Shown: positions 1-14,342, counted from the first letter of the stretch. The stretch: DNA of 64,000 bases from Octopus vulgaris (GCA_951406725.2 OX597814.1:210986001-211050000); one strand, 5' to 3'. Numbers and translations: made by a program. The notes: generated by a model not told the origin, from the letters alone.

Positions 1-184
1 AAAAATCATAACAAGATTTGGGCCTTTAGCCTCGAGTAGAAAGGGATATTGTTATATACAAACTAGATGACGCCTTTGTTCACAGGCCTGTTAAATTACT
101 ACTGACCATGGGTTAAACGGCAATAACCTGTTAGATATCATGTGCTTGCCTTGTTAATATTGGTCAGCGGCTAAGCATCTACTG

Positions 185-199
185 TTGCGGCTGCTGCTG

Positions 200-265
<66 letters not shown>

Positions 266-570
266 ATACTACTACTACTACTACAACTGCTGCTACTACT
301 ACTACTACTACTACAACTGCTGCTACTACTTCTACTACTACTACTACTACTACTAATAATAATGATGATGATGATAATACCACTACTCCTACAATTGCTG
401 CAGTTGCTGCTGCTACTGCTATCACTACTACTACAACTACTGCTATTATTACAACTACTAGTGATGAAGATGATACGACTACAACTACTGCTGTTGCTGC
501 TACTACTACTACTACTGCTACCACTGCTACTACTACTGCTGCTGCTGCTTCTGCTTCTGCTATTATATTA
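185..570. repeat. Compound trinucleotide microsatellite (CTA)n/(GCT)n/(ATA)n
   Basis: Direct reading; explains the poly-L/poly-V ORFs. Confidence 0.95.
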
Positions 571-1161
571 GTCGAAGAGAAACATGTTGACGACTTGATG
601 TTTACTCCAGACTTACTATCCTAGTTATTTTTTTTTAATATAAACACTCCACCTTCAATGCATACAAAATACCAAACATTATCGACGCTGCTGATTATTG
701 ACATCGTCATTTAGGCTGTCGACGGTAATGCTGCTGCTGCTGCTAACGATCCTGATGTTGATCGTGATGACGATTCTACTAGTGCTCCCGGTACCACAAT
801 TACTGTCATTCTTACTACTACAATCTCTCCAAGAATTGCTGTCGCTATTACTACGTCACCGATTGCTGATTTACTGCTTCTGCTTTTCTGCATTAAATTC
901 TTACTAGCACAATATCCCTTCACCATTTTCAGAAGCAACATAATTTCAAAACTGTTGAGACTACAGTAACTGTTAATACTGTTACTGACTGTAGGCAAAC
1001 TAGCTGGGACTAAGATGCGTCTAACAAATATTATAATATATATTTAATTTCATTCCCTAACGCTCTGATTTCAAATCTTACCGAGTTCAATGCGGCTGTC
1101 TACCTCGGGGTTCAAAGCTTATAATGTGCCGAAAGAGAACCTGCGAGACCTCTTTCCTATT

Positions 1162-1487
1162 GGGGATGGAAGCACTCCGTCGGTTACGACGACGAGGGTT
1201 CCGGTTGATCCGAATCAACGGAACAGCCTGCTCGTGAAATTAACGTGTAAGTGGCTGAGCACTCCACAGACACGTGTACCCTTAACGTAGTTCTCGGGGA
1301 TATTCAGCGTGACACAGAGAGTGACAAGGCCGGCCCTTTGAAATACAGGTACAAGAGAGACAGGAAGTAAGAGTGGGAGAAAGTTGTGGTGAAAGAGTAC
1401 AGCAGGGATCACCACCATCCCTGCCGGAGCCTCGCAGAGCTTTAGGTGTTTTCGCTCAATAAACACTCACAACGCCCGGTCTGGGAA
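1162..1487 (-). mobile_element. SINE family A copy, 5'-truncated, with 11-bp TSD
   Basis: Near-identical to 15315-15698, 41655-42039 and 62605-62978; stops inside the B box; flanked by direct repeat tctttcctatt (1151-1161, 1488-1498). Confidence 0.9.
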
Positions 1488-2104
1488 TCTTTCCTATTTT
1501 CAAAAGGAAGACGATGGAGGAAATTTAAACGATTAATTCTCTCCAGGGCCCTAACTTTTGTCTTTGTGTCTCTGTAAGAAATTATCAAGTACAGTGGACC
1601 AGACGTTAGTTGTTACAGTGATACGCAAAATGTGGTGTCGTACTTTACTAGCTCAAATCCTGCTTAGCTCAACTTTACCTGCAGCAATATGAACTACGAT
1701 CTCAAACTAGTACTTGATCGATTATTATGATTACACATTCCTCTTCTAAATTACTGGTCTAAAGATTAGAAGCAATGACGTCTATTACAGAATCATTGTA
1801 ATTTTGCAAGAAGAAAAGAATATTTCTAGTTTAATCGCATACGTTATCAGTGAAGAACAGAGGTTAATTATATTGACTAGCAGCCTCCATTGCTGGTCTT
1901 GTGCTTAAATTAGAAAGTAATAGCGGTAGGTAAATAGAATATTAAGAAATTTTGAAAAAAAATGTAACTTTGCCTTCATCGTTTCACAGCTGATAGGATA
2001 AAGTACCATTTACACAATGGGGCGTTCGTATCGACTAACCTTTTCCCGCACAATAGCTGGACTTGTGCCTAAATTACGAATACGTAATAACAGTTGCAAG
2101 GAAG

Positions 2105-2190
<86 letters not shown>

Positions 2191-2250
2191 CGTAGTAGTA
2201 GTAGCAGCAGCATCAGCAGTAGTAGTAGTAGCAGCAGCAGCATTAGTAGC

Positions 2251-2301
<51 letters not shown>

Positions 2302-2383
2302 GGTGGTGGTGGTGTTTGTAGTAGTGGTGATGACAGAAGTTCTACATTTCCAATTTTCAATGCTGCCGCTGCTGCTGCCACTG

Positions 2384-2434
<51 letters not shown>

Positions 2435-2460
2435 TTACTGCGACTGCTACTACTACTACT
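2105..2460. repeat. (AGT)n tract followed by complementary (ACT)n tract
   Basis: Direct reading. Confidence 0.9.
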
Positions 2461-3959
2461 CATGTAGTCTATTCTTATTTGTGACGATGCTCTTGCTGAT
2501 AATTATATTGAGGATAATATTGTAAACATTGTAAATATTGTTCTGCGTTTATTTTCACATTTTTTTTTTTCCAAGTGTAAAGAATATTTAAAAAAAGCGG
2601 ATGCTTTAGTCTCATCTTTCAAAATATTAAAAAGAAATTCTAATCCAGGGTAAACAGTAGTTCCAAGGCAGATCATTTACCAAACAAAAGCATGAAAAAG
2701 TCATCATCAGATTTTTTATTTTATCTTTTATATTTTATCTTTTATATTTTTTTAATATTTTCTCTCGTTTCTTAGAGACAATGCTTCGTAGAAAGAACAA
2801 TTATAGCTAATCTTTACTTTAAAAGAAATCTCTACTCATTTATGCTGCAGTTTTTATATTTTTTTTTTATTTATTGATTGGTGCATTAAGAATGAACAAT
2901 AATTTTGTTTCTTTCATAGTGATTTATTCTTTTTTTATACTTTTTCTACAAATTTTTCCAGCAAAATTAGCTTTTTGTTTGCTTTAATTTTTGGGCCTTT
3001 CTAAATTTATCTTTTTACGCATCTTTCAAACTCTCTTTTTCTCTCTCACTCTCTCCCTCTCTCTTTCTATATCTCTTTTTCTCTGTCTTTCTGTATCTCT
3101 TTCTCACCCTCTTTCTGGTTCTCTTTCTCTCTCTCACTTTATTTTTTATCTTTTTCCTCTTTTCAAAGACTTTCACTAAAATATTTCAAGTATTGTAGCT
3201 CAAACTTTCTTCATTAGAAACGAACTGTTCTAGTATTCGAGCTGTTGAATTATAAAATCACGTGTCAGTAGTCTGAATATGCTCCAAGCTTTCTGATGAA
3301 TTTTTCAGCAAAACATGTTTCTCTGTCTAACTTCTCCAACACCACTAAATGCATGTAATATTGTTTTATCTATGTGTGTCATACTGATGGGTTGGGTGAT
3401 AGATTACCAGAATAAAGTGTTTGATAAAACACATTACGGTGTTTAGTTCTTCAAGGAAACATTGTCTCTCATCGCTCTCGCGTCAATATATGAAGCACCA
3501 TCATAATGATAATGCTATGTATGGCCGCAACAATAGGAGCGGTCATATGTTACGAGGTAACCCTGAATCTTGGACGCGTCTAGATGATCAAAATGTGATT
3601 GTATTATATCATAAGAGAAGCCTATATCACAGGTTCCTTACTTGTTGAAAAAAAAAAAACAGAGAGAAAAAAAGAGAGAAATCCGGCAGCACTTCTCAAA
3701 CATGGCACGTGTAGTCTTATTACATGTACAAGAGTATTGGGTCTCATGAAAACAAAGATAACGACAAAAACAACGATGATAAAATTGACAGGGTAAGGAA
3801 CTACCACTTTATTTCAGCAGATTTCGGTCCTATTCTTTTGTGAATGACATACATAATTGGCTCGTTTCAATGACACATGTTTGTGAGTGATGTCAGATAG
3901 TGATTTGCAATTATCTGAATGGGCACTGCTCTAGCATGGAACCACTATCTATCTATCTA

Positions 3960-4025
<66 letters not shown>

Positions 4026-4245
4026 TAGATAGATATATATATACACCACACACACGCGCGTTTGTCAACTACCACCGCATGGCAGTTAGGCAAAAGGAAC
4101 CGATATAATGATTCGCAGGCTTTAAAAAATTATAACCTGCGATCAATTTTTTCGACGAAAAATTCCGCAGAGAGCTGCCCCACAACGGTCACAGGTTAGT
4201 ATATACATACATACATCTCTGTCTGTCTCTCTCTCTCTCTCTCTC

Positions 4246-4315
<70 letters not shown>

Positions 4316-4384
4316 GAAGAAAAAGAAAATGGAGATTGGAAAGTTAATAAATGCTTATTATTAACAACAAATTAATGATCATCA

Positions 4385-4470
4385 TCCCTTACAGCTGTTT
4401 CAGATAATACTCCATAAATATTAAATAAATGTTAAATATATGTGACCGGAGTGTAATATCTTCAAAGGGG
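4385..4470 (-). ncRNA. Degenerate type I hammerhead-ribozyme motif in a (TA)n-flanked repeat (~4313-4530)
   Basis: Minus strand: ccct-TTGAAGA-tattacactcc...ggagtattatct-GAAAC-agct-GTA-aggg; stem I ccct/aggg; C3 mutated to U. Confidence 0.5.
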
Positions 4471-4536
4471 AAATTATGCCCTTGGATGCTTTATGCGTTT
4501 ATGGATTCCTTATAGGAGACTGAATATACATGAGTG

Positions 4537-4580
<44 letters not shown>

Positions 4581-6002
4581 TACATACATACATACATACA
4601 TGCATACTACATACAAGCTTCTTTGCCGAACGACCTGCACAAATGATTTCTTTACACTAGTTCACACCCTGAATCAAATGGACGGAGTCTGATCAGGGGC
4701 ACGGTGTTCATGTCATCGCAGAGCAACGTGAGATGAAGTGTTTTGCTCAAGAACACAACGCTCCACACAGTCCGGGAATTGAGACCACGATTTCGTTGTC
4801 ATGAATGTAGGAACCAAGCCAGTAGGTCATGTACCTAATTACCCGTTCTAAAATTTATGTTACCGTCCTTAAAACGCAAGCCAGTCTTTATCTGAATACC
4901 GTATTAATTTTTCTCCATCCCTTGTATTATATTTTTTAAATTTATTTTTTATCCTTTTGTTACATATTCTCTTTTTATCATATAGATTATTAATTATCGC
5001 AGGATGGTGAACCACATCTTCATGAAAAAATTAGGATTTTAAAAAATTATTTCTGAGTGTTTGATTCTACTCAATATCTATTCGTCAATATCTATCGCCG
5101 CTTTCTTAGTACGCTCTATAGATGGTAATTCCAGTATTTGAAAGGATGACGTCTGCTGAATTCATCTATTGTCTGTGACTATAAAATTTATTGTAGAAAT
5201 TGGTGTGTTCACTTTGCAGGAAAAGTTCTGATGTGGAGTCTGGACGTTACGCTGAGTATATTTATATAAGTGTAACAAGTGAAGTGTCGCTTACGTAACA
5301 GGTCGTTTACAATACAGTTATGAAATTGAATAAACATCTATCACTTCTCCAATTGATTGATTTATATATGTGTATATACATATGCGTACATAATACATAC
5401 ATATATATATATATACATATAAATACATACAAACAAATATATACGCACACGTATATTGACATGCATTTATATATATATATATATATAGATAGATAGATAT
5501 ATGTGCGTATGTATTTATATATATATATATATATGCACTCATATATATATATATACATATATACACATATACATGCATATATATATATACACATATATAT
5601 ATATATATACGTATATTTGCAAATGTATCTCCGTGTATATACCTGTATTTTATACACACACATACACATATGTATATATATGAATGTGTATATATATGTA
5701 TGTATGTATATGTATACATATATGTATAAAGCGATAGAGAGAGAGGGAGTGAGAGAGAGGGTGAGAGAAAGAAATGCTAGTAATACTGATGTTATGCTTT
5801 CAAATAAATGCATTTTGAATAATCCTTTTAAGTTGAGTAGGAAAAGGTAATCTCTTCGTTTATTTGATTTCAAAATCTTATTTATGGCATTTAATTTAAA
5901 ATACATCGCAAATGGATTTCTGATGCACTGAAAGGAAAGCCGTATATGAAACATCGTTGTCGTCTGTATCATATATTTCGATCTGGTGCAGTTAACAATA
6001 TC

Positions 6003-6236
6003 TATTTCTTTACTACCCACAAGGGGCTAAACACAGAGAGGACAAACAATGACAGACAAACAGATTAAGTCGATTATATCAACCCCAGTACGTAACTGGT
6101 ACTTATTTAATCGACCCCGAAAGGATGAAAGGCAAAGTCGACCTCGGTGGAATTTGAACTCAGAACGTAGCGGCAGACGAAATACCGATAAGCATTTCGC
6201 CCGGCGTGCTAACGGTTCTGCCAGCTCGCCGCCTTA
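6003..6236 (-). mobile_element. SINE family B, full length, with 16-bp TSD
   Basis: Matches 61758-61990; tRNA-like head with B box GAGTTCAAATTCC; central GCCTTTCATCCTTTCGGGGTCGAT block (Meta-domain-like, from memory); TSD tgcagttaacaatatc at 5987-6002 and 6237-6252. Confidence 0.9.
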
Positions 6237-9200
6237 TGCAGTTAACAATATCGTTTAACTTTACATGATGTTTCAAAATACGATGTTTGAAAATATGATC
6301 TACTTATAAAATGTGTCCTTAATTTATGAAAACGTTACTCATCAGAGAATGGCGTTTACAATCATAGCGCGAAGAATCAGAAACCACCCGCGTGTGTTTA
6401 TATCCGTATCTCTCTTCCTTTTTGCTGGGCGTCTGTGTTTATCATCATATACCAAGTCGTCTGCCATGTCATCCCATCAAATTACATGATTTACACTGTT
6501 TCTGCTCTTCTGCGCATAGAATTTCCTCCTCTCGAAAAATTCGTTGCGACATTATGATATCAGAATAATTGATATCGACAAAGTATGTATTGCACGTTTT
6601 TTTCTTCGAAAGATTTTTTATAATATCACATCTAATGCGTCAATAGATAAAATTTTTCTCAAATCGTTATGATATTGTAAGATCTAAGTGAAATTTTAGT
6701 ATCATTTCGGCACAGAAATTCAGTTACATAAATATATCATTTACCTCCATAAAGAAAATGAAAGTGAATGAGACATGACATGAATCATAACTCGTAACAT
6801 TTCATTCATTAAAGAATTAGCTGTTTAAAGTTTTGCACTCTTAGAATTATAATCGTATGATATCTTGAATATTATTTTGATTTTCTGCAAAGTTGAGTGA
6901 AACTAAATAATTGAAATGCTCGCTGGAATATGAGGAGAATAAGCATATTCATACCCCAATTAACAGATTGTAATTTACTGAGCTAGCTTATTATTTAAAT
7001 AATTCATTGAGACATACTTCATTAGCAGCTTCGCATTTAATGCATATATTAGAAATGTACGAATAATTAATACACATTTCCTGAAGTAAAAACTGTTAGC
7101 GCGTTATAGTTGTACCAAATAAGATGGTGTCATTTAATATGGGAAAATGTATAGGTAAAGGATTAGCGCATAAGTGAATTGCAATAATGCATATAAAGAA
7201 AAATAGGAACTCAGGAAGATGTATAACAAGTCAATTTAACACGAAGATATAAAACATATTTAAGCGCCAGTAGGAAACTGTTAAATTTGACATCCTACAA
7301 TAGATATGTATTTGCAAATAGCACACAGGTTCACAAACACAGACAGCAGGGTTCAAATACCTCTTCCTATCTGTGAGGATAGTGATAGTGTGAGTATATA
7401 ACGTTCGGATTTTAAAAGAAAATGCAAAAAATCTTCGCCTGACATTTATTTAACCTTTTCAATTTCACTCTGAAATCTGTCGTCACAAAACAACATGGGA
7501 ATTATTAACTTTACAGCCGCTTGGAAAGCAACTCTGCTTAATTACTGCTCACACAGAAGGACTCATCAAAATCAATCATTAAAACTTTTGTCCCTTAGAT
7601 GGTGTGCTACAGATGTAGGAAATCACAAATAAGTAGTGTCACAAGCATAGTGAAGGAAGTGTGTGTGTGTGTGCGTGTGTGTTACGTGTAAGTGCACGTG
7701 TATGCTTGTTGCGAGCATCTTATTTGAATATTATGCGTGATACTAACATCCCAGGCACCATGCATAACATACAAATACACTATTCGCAACCAGCATACAC
7801 ACGCTCTCACACACACACACACACATGTATGAAAATAGATACACATACACTCCACACACTCACCCACACACACTCTCACGCACACACACTCTCACGCACA
7901 CACAGTATGCCAATTTTTGAACTCTGCTGCTTTCAAAGGCCTCATTTTCTATCTCTCCCCCAAGATCGAACTTTGCTTGGAGAAACAATCATAAACTCGC
8001 AACATCCCTTCAAATAATAATGATGTTGGGTTTTGACTTTTAAACATACATAATACAAATACCACATAATAAGAATCCTATAAAATGTCTTATTTTATAT
8101 CAATCAATGTTGCTCAGCCTTTCACAGATCTAGATATAAATTGCCTGACGTTTCGGGATCCAGAATAAACCTCTCTACCGTCATACTTCACACAAAAACG
8201 GATTTTATATCAATGCCTCTTAATTAAAAATATATATATATGTGTCATTTAATCATCACGTATGGAACGGCAAACTAAATGCATTGCCTTTGCCTGATAC
8301 ATTTGAGCACTTGCAAAAACATGATTATGAAAGTTAAGGCAAACTTTCCTCTACAGCAAATTCAGATACTTTTAATATCTAATCCTTTATGAAATACACC
8401 CGGAGAGGCTACGAATGTTCCTTCTGAAGCTTATGTTCATAACAAATAGTAGGAAATAGTCTCCTCATCCATGCGTGGAAGCCTCGAGGTCTCCAAACAT
8501 TACAAATAATATGCATAACACTCTTTATAAGACGTTTTATTTATTCATATTTTATGAATCCGCATAGCTGCTTGCGAAGTTTAATTCTTTCGTATTTGCG
8601 ATGAGAAAATAGCCTAATTATTTAAGCAAATATTTAGTCATCTTGATAGATTGTAGTAACGACAGCTAAATTCTATAAGTGGATTATACAAACCAAAAAA
8701 TAAATTGTCAGCTTATATGTAAATAATTCACACGTGTAAACATTGAATACGTAACCAATCGCCGCTAAACACTCATCCCGTTTAATCAACACTATTGATT
8801 TAATCTATCAGTGAATAACAACCATAAAACATGCTGGAATAATGTATATTTACACAATAAAACCATATAAAATGTTCGTTCACTCCAATTACCACACAGT
8901 CATCTAACTCCGTTTGTCATTTATTTCCATATCTCCCACATAACATGCTTATGAAAAAACAAAATTTAATAAAAAATAAAGTTAGCTAAATTAAGTAAAA
9001 TGTATATTTACATACCAACAGTAAATCCTTTATGATTCTTACCTGGAAAGACAAAAGAAATAAAAACTGTATTTAATATATATGGCAATGTATAAATATT
9101 GGCTTAGCATTGCAAATTAAAAAAAATAATCGGTGTATTCCTCTTAGAATTCCACATTTCCAATATACCACGTATAAAATGCTCTTTGTTTTTTACATAT

Positions 9201-9438
9201 GTCACCCATGGAACGCAGTTATGTGTTTAACAATAATTTTCACTTAGCTGCTATTGACAGACTATATTCTTGACAAAAATGATCGATGAAATTCTGATTT
9301 TTGACTATATCGCTCATAGAGAACAATAGAGTGCAAATATCCTCTGCACTGGGATTCCTGCAAATGCAGCCCCACTCTTTTTCCCGGCAAAAAATAAAAA
9401 GAATATACAAATATAACTACTAACTGTATAACATATAA

Positions 9439-9647
9439 CGGGAAGCTTTATGAAAATAAACAAAAGACGAAGGCAGGTGGAATACAAACAAACAATTGTA
9501 TTAGTATGGCGCTCAGGAATATAAATAAAACAAGTCTTTTACGTTTCGAGCCTACGCTCTTCAACAGAAAGATACACAAAAAAGAAACACGGAAAGAAAC
9601 AAGGAGAGAAAAAATGCGTGCAGAAGCTAGCGAATCAACATGGCGAT
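9439..9647 (-). mobile_element. Short repeat with minimal hammerhead-like motif (9535-9572); second copy at 35066-35265
   Basis: Two clearly homologous copies; minus strand tcttt-CTGTTGA-a-gagc-gtag-gctc-GAAAC-GTA-aaaga. Confidence 0.65.
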
Positions 9648-10989
9648 GTATATACATACACATCTATGTGTGTGCGTGACTGTGCGTGTACACATATACT
9701 GGAGGAAGATGATAATGAGGTGTTTGATGAGGTAAGCCTCCGCACTATTAAACCGTAGGTTAATTTATGCAGATCTGAATTAATTCATTACATATTTTCA
9801 GCCAATACAATAATCATTTTAAATTCAAGGGAACTTAGCTAATAGAATCTTCCATGTTGATGTTCCACCGTGGTCAGTTTTGATTTTCATCCTTAAGCAA
9901 TCGATAAAAAATACCACTCAAACACTGGTATCGATGTAAAATATAATTAATTAATCACTCTCCTTCTCTAAATTTCAGACATTTTGCCTTTAGTAGGGAT
10001 AAAATTATGCTAAACCGATACCTTCCTCTTCTCCCTCCTAAAAATGTTTGTAGAGCCACAATTTCGCTTATTTCATGCTGTGTAAGTGGCGAACACGGAT
10101 ATTACCCAATCCAAAATTTCGGATCTGGTATTCAGTAGTGTTGTGAAAACCTTAGACCTATGTAGAACATGTGATATTTCTGCTACGCCTGATTTGCATT
10201 TCTTTGGTTCATTAACATATGGCATCCTCCACTTAATTGTACGTAGGGCGCACACCACATGCTGACATATAGCATCATTTCATCAGTTAGACACAAACAC
10301 AAAATATGTGGACAAACATGTGGCAATTATACCAAATGCAAACAGGTGGACAGACATGTGGATAATTACACCAAATACAAACATGTGGACGAATTACTTT
10401 TGGCGAACTTGCAGAAACCATCCTCTCTGAATTGCGCAGCAGTTTCACAGACTTGGGCTTTTCTCCGTTGAATTATTGCACAACAACTATCTTAATTATG
10501 GCTTTACTTTTAAAGGGTACATAACGTTCATCCCTTCTTCAGTGGCAGCTTTTATTCAATCTTTTACTTCCGTTTCGTTTATTCTAATGATTTCTCGTGT
10601 GCTCAGAAGCCGCATATTGCTTGGAGACAAAAGCCGTGCTACGTAACCCTGTCTGGACCCGATTCCCCAATACAAGAAGCCATTAGTGACTTATATCACC
10701 ATACTGTAAACATTACATAATATTTATCTATCACTAGATAGAATACTTTTTGTGTTTCTTACCTTAACGTAACAGTAGACTCTATATAATTGTTAAACAG
10801 GATCTCAAACATTAAGGCAAGGCAAACATCTCAAGACATATACAATATTACTATAGGAAGAAATTCAAAATCAAGCTACCGTCTCGGCTATAACCTTGGC
10901 GCCCCAGTAATCTGTTATAGAATTTACATAGCGTACCTAATCGCTAAGATAACCTGTGAACTAAACACCCATACTCAGTAGACTGTATA

Positions 10990-11033
<44 letters not shown>

Positions 11034-11131
11034 GCGTGTATATGTATATACATATGTGCATATATATAGACATATCTATCTATCTATCTATCTATGTATC
11101 TATGTATATATATATATATATATATATATAA

Positions 11132-11231
<100 letters not shown>

Positions 11232-11294
11232 AATGCCTGTATGTTAAATACTTCACAACAAAAGTTTTCAATATATTAAGATTATCCTTCCCAA

Positions 11295-11500
11295 CTGATA
11301 ATGACCAGTTCCGCTTGAGAAGTGGATAAGTGTCAAGATTGAAAGTATTTTACAAAGCTAACTTGCCATCAAAGAAAAGGGCCCGCTTATTCTCTGGAGA
11401 TATGAGGTCAGTCCTTTACACGGGATTCTGAATCGATGGCCTCTATATGCTGTCTGACATTATCTCCAGCAGATATAAACTTATGCAATACAGAGTAGGA
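11295..11500 (+). pseudogene. Possible highly decayed mariner transposase fragment
   Basis: By-eye peptides KYFTKLTCHQRKGPLILW and HYLQQI resemble the mariner KHFPKPKLHQKKVMVTVWW and YCQQI segments; weak. Confidence 0.3.
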
Positions 11501-12502
11501 AACTGTTATGGCCTAGGTCATTTGCATAATTTACACAAACATTATCCAAGAGAAATGACTTGAAGTGGTCTGAGGCATGTATTTAAAAATACCCGTATGT
11601 GAAGTTCGTCACATTAAAATTACCTCCACCATTATTATTCCTGCAAATAACATGCATTCATTTGGTTAATATGTAATTATAGAAATGCATAAACCTTGCC
11701 ACCCCAACGAATTTAATGATATTTGATTCCAAGAAATCAGCGTTAGTGTATTATGAAATAATATATTCTGTTAGTGTAAGACAGAAATCTATAAACAACT
11801 CATGAAAGTAAAATTGGAGTTTCGATGCCATTGACTTGTATTTGATTGTTTCGTTTTTATAGCGTTTGCAATTGAAACTTCTGTAGTAAACAATGTACCA
11901 CCTGTAAAGCACTAGATTTCATGTGTACGACTATACGTATATGTGTGGCATTCCACCAATGTTTCAAGATGGTATTTCAAGACAATAATACTCTATCCAT
12001 CGTCCATTCCTTTCAAATTTATATGATACGGAGTGGATAATTACATTCCATAGTATCGGACTCGCTAAAAATATCTGCCGGTCATGTAATGTCGTTGATT
12101 TAATCCTCGTTTTAATTTTTATAAAAATCAATATTCCGTTAATAAAAAATAAAATATTATAAATATCATTCAGCGCAAGTCTTATATGACATACTTCTAC
12201 ACACCTTCATTACTTAATATTCAGCTACAGTAGCATACTTGAGAGTTCTGACCGTCGCTAGATACACAATCAGTGCCATATAAATGACTTCAGTTTCTGT
12301 TTTACCGTGTTTGATTGTTCACGGTCTATCGATACTTGCTATTGTTCTTCTCACTGCATTCTGACTTCCATAGAATATTAATGTCGGCTAAAAGATCTTA
12401 TTCTGATGTCTTAAATCAACATAGCCCGACGTTAATATTACAAAATCTGTTCTCCGTAAATCTGTACAGAAATGAATACCTGCATATTGTCATACAAGTA
12501 TA

Positions 12503-14094
12503 CAGTAGCGGCCATAATGTTAGGATCAGTAAGAACAAGTGTATTGAAATATTTATTATAGAAGATTAACAAAACGTTGAGACTAGATATTTTACACATA
12601 TTTATCCAATATCTATCATTCATTAAAGGAATAAATATGCTATGAGATAAACAAATAATCTTCCAAACTGCGATGGCCAGAAATTAAGGGTCACATAGAA
12701 AAACAATGAAAAATGGAACAAGAACAAAAAAGAAACCCTTACTCTTAATATTTTGTGAACATTCCTTTACTATCAATGATCTCCTGATATCCGTTACCAT
12801 AGGACTGAATTAATTTCTTGAAAAACGATAGAGTAATACTGTTCCATTTGCTTTTCAGTACTTCCTAGAGTTCAAGTTGGTTCTTTGGATTACTCCGCCC
12901 CCCATCTTCACAAATATTCCAAACGTTTTCAATTGGTTTGAAATTAGGACTTTGAGGTAGCCAGTCCATGAGACTCCTTCATTACTCAAATGATCTTTGA
13001 ATCTCTTCGCAGGTGTGATAGGGAGCGTTGTACTGCAGGAATATATGAGCTTGAACTGATGAGGATCGGAGACGTAGAAGGGCATACTATCAAAGATTCT
13101 GCTTGTAGATTTCAGCATTGACAGTCCTTTGTAGGCACATAAATGGACAAGGACTACCAGCAGGGAACACACCCCATACCATTACACATGATACTGTCTC
13201 CTCCATATTTCGCTGTCTTCTTCACACATGCACGATGTAACCGTTCGCTACTTCCTCGTCGGATGCACATCCCACTATCGGACCCAATCTCATTACACAT
13301 TGATTCATCGCTAAAATGAACCTGCATCCACTGTTCTTCTGTCCGAATCACATGTTCATGAACGAAACGAAGACGGGTTCTTTGAGTCTTCTTGGAGATC
13401 AGAATTGGGGTTCTTTGTCGGTGCTTGAGTAAACAACCCAGAACCTCGTAACCGCCGAGAAACTGTTCCGTCCGATACGTTGACATCGGAAGTAGAGTTT
13501 CATGGGTTATCTCAGCAGCACTTTTAAACCTATCCTGCAGTGACATTCTAACATTAATACGAGCCTGTCTTGCCTGTCTTGGTGACGTTTTACGAAGTCT
13601 ACTAGTTTGGGGGTTAGCATACGTTGATTGTGATGACTTAAAACGAGCTACAATTCGTTGCACAACACTTCTTGACCTTCTTACAGTTATCGCTATCACA
13701 GAATTTGACTACCGTTTGGTGATGGCACACAATCCTTTGATTTTCACCTGAAGACACCAGTCGTCTCTCACAAGTCGCCATATTGACAGTTGAATACTCC
13801 ACTAATGTAAGATCATAAGAAGTAACGGTCAGCTCATTAACAGTCTTCTAAACAACAAATACCTCGGCGAGTACATTGTTTCTAAGTGACAGTTAAGTTT
13901 TGGCCACGGTAATTTAGAAGATTGCTTGTTTATTTCCCCATAACTTAAGAAATATTTATTCCATTCTCTTGAAATTTTGACGAAAGATAAATATTAAATA
14001 TATATAAATATGTGTAAAATAATTAGTCTGAACGTGTTAATCTCCTAAAATAATGCACTAGTTCTTACTGACCCTTATATTATGGCCGCTACTG
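12503..14094 (-). mobile_element. Tc1-family DNA transposon with ~210-bp IR/DR-type terminal inverted repeats
   Basis: Ends CAGTAGCGGCCATAAT.../...ATTATGGCCGCTACTG; TIR similarity ~12503-12710 vs ~13872-14094; TA at 12501-12502, TG on the right; internal transposase. Confidence 0.9.
12760..13720 (-). pseudogene. Disrupted Tc1 DDE transposase
   Basis: ORF 13154-13699 has RLRFVHEH..WMQVHFSDES and KTAKYGGDSI; downstream shifted frames give VMVWG, FLQYNAPYH (second catalytic D to Y) and WLPQSPNFKPIENVW. Confidence 0.9.
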
Positions 14095-14208
14095 TGCATA
14101 CACACGTAGATAAATACTTACACATACATATCTAGCCCATATATGCAAATATGGACGATGGGTAATAGGCAAAATTAATAGGAATTCGGACAAACATTTT
14201 AGTATACA

Positions 14209-14342
14209 CTAGCAGTATAACTCGGCTTTGCCCGGGATTAACTTAGGATTAATCAGCTAATCAAGTTCTTTATTTCAAACCAAACTAAGTAACATCGACG
14301 TCAAATTTGGGCGAAATCCGTTGAAATTGGTTTATATGTATA

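Noticed and set aside
1215-1466. Recurring 'MVVIPAVLFHHN' ORF (four copies)
   Set aside because: Incidental frame within SINE family A; starts and indels differ between copies.
171-2484. Poly-L/V/S/T ORFs
   Set aside because: Translations of trinucleotide microsatellites.
5307-6020. 237-aa ORF and the many other [12 protein letters not shown] ORFs
   Set aside because: Stop-free dinucleotide repeats; no domain content.
8140-8190. CGAAACGTC on the minus strand as a hammerhead
   Set aside because: No CUGANGA core or stems.
10040-10690. GC-richer segment with short acatgtgg repeats
   Set aside because: Probably an old transposon, but no motif could be assigned.
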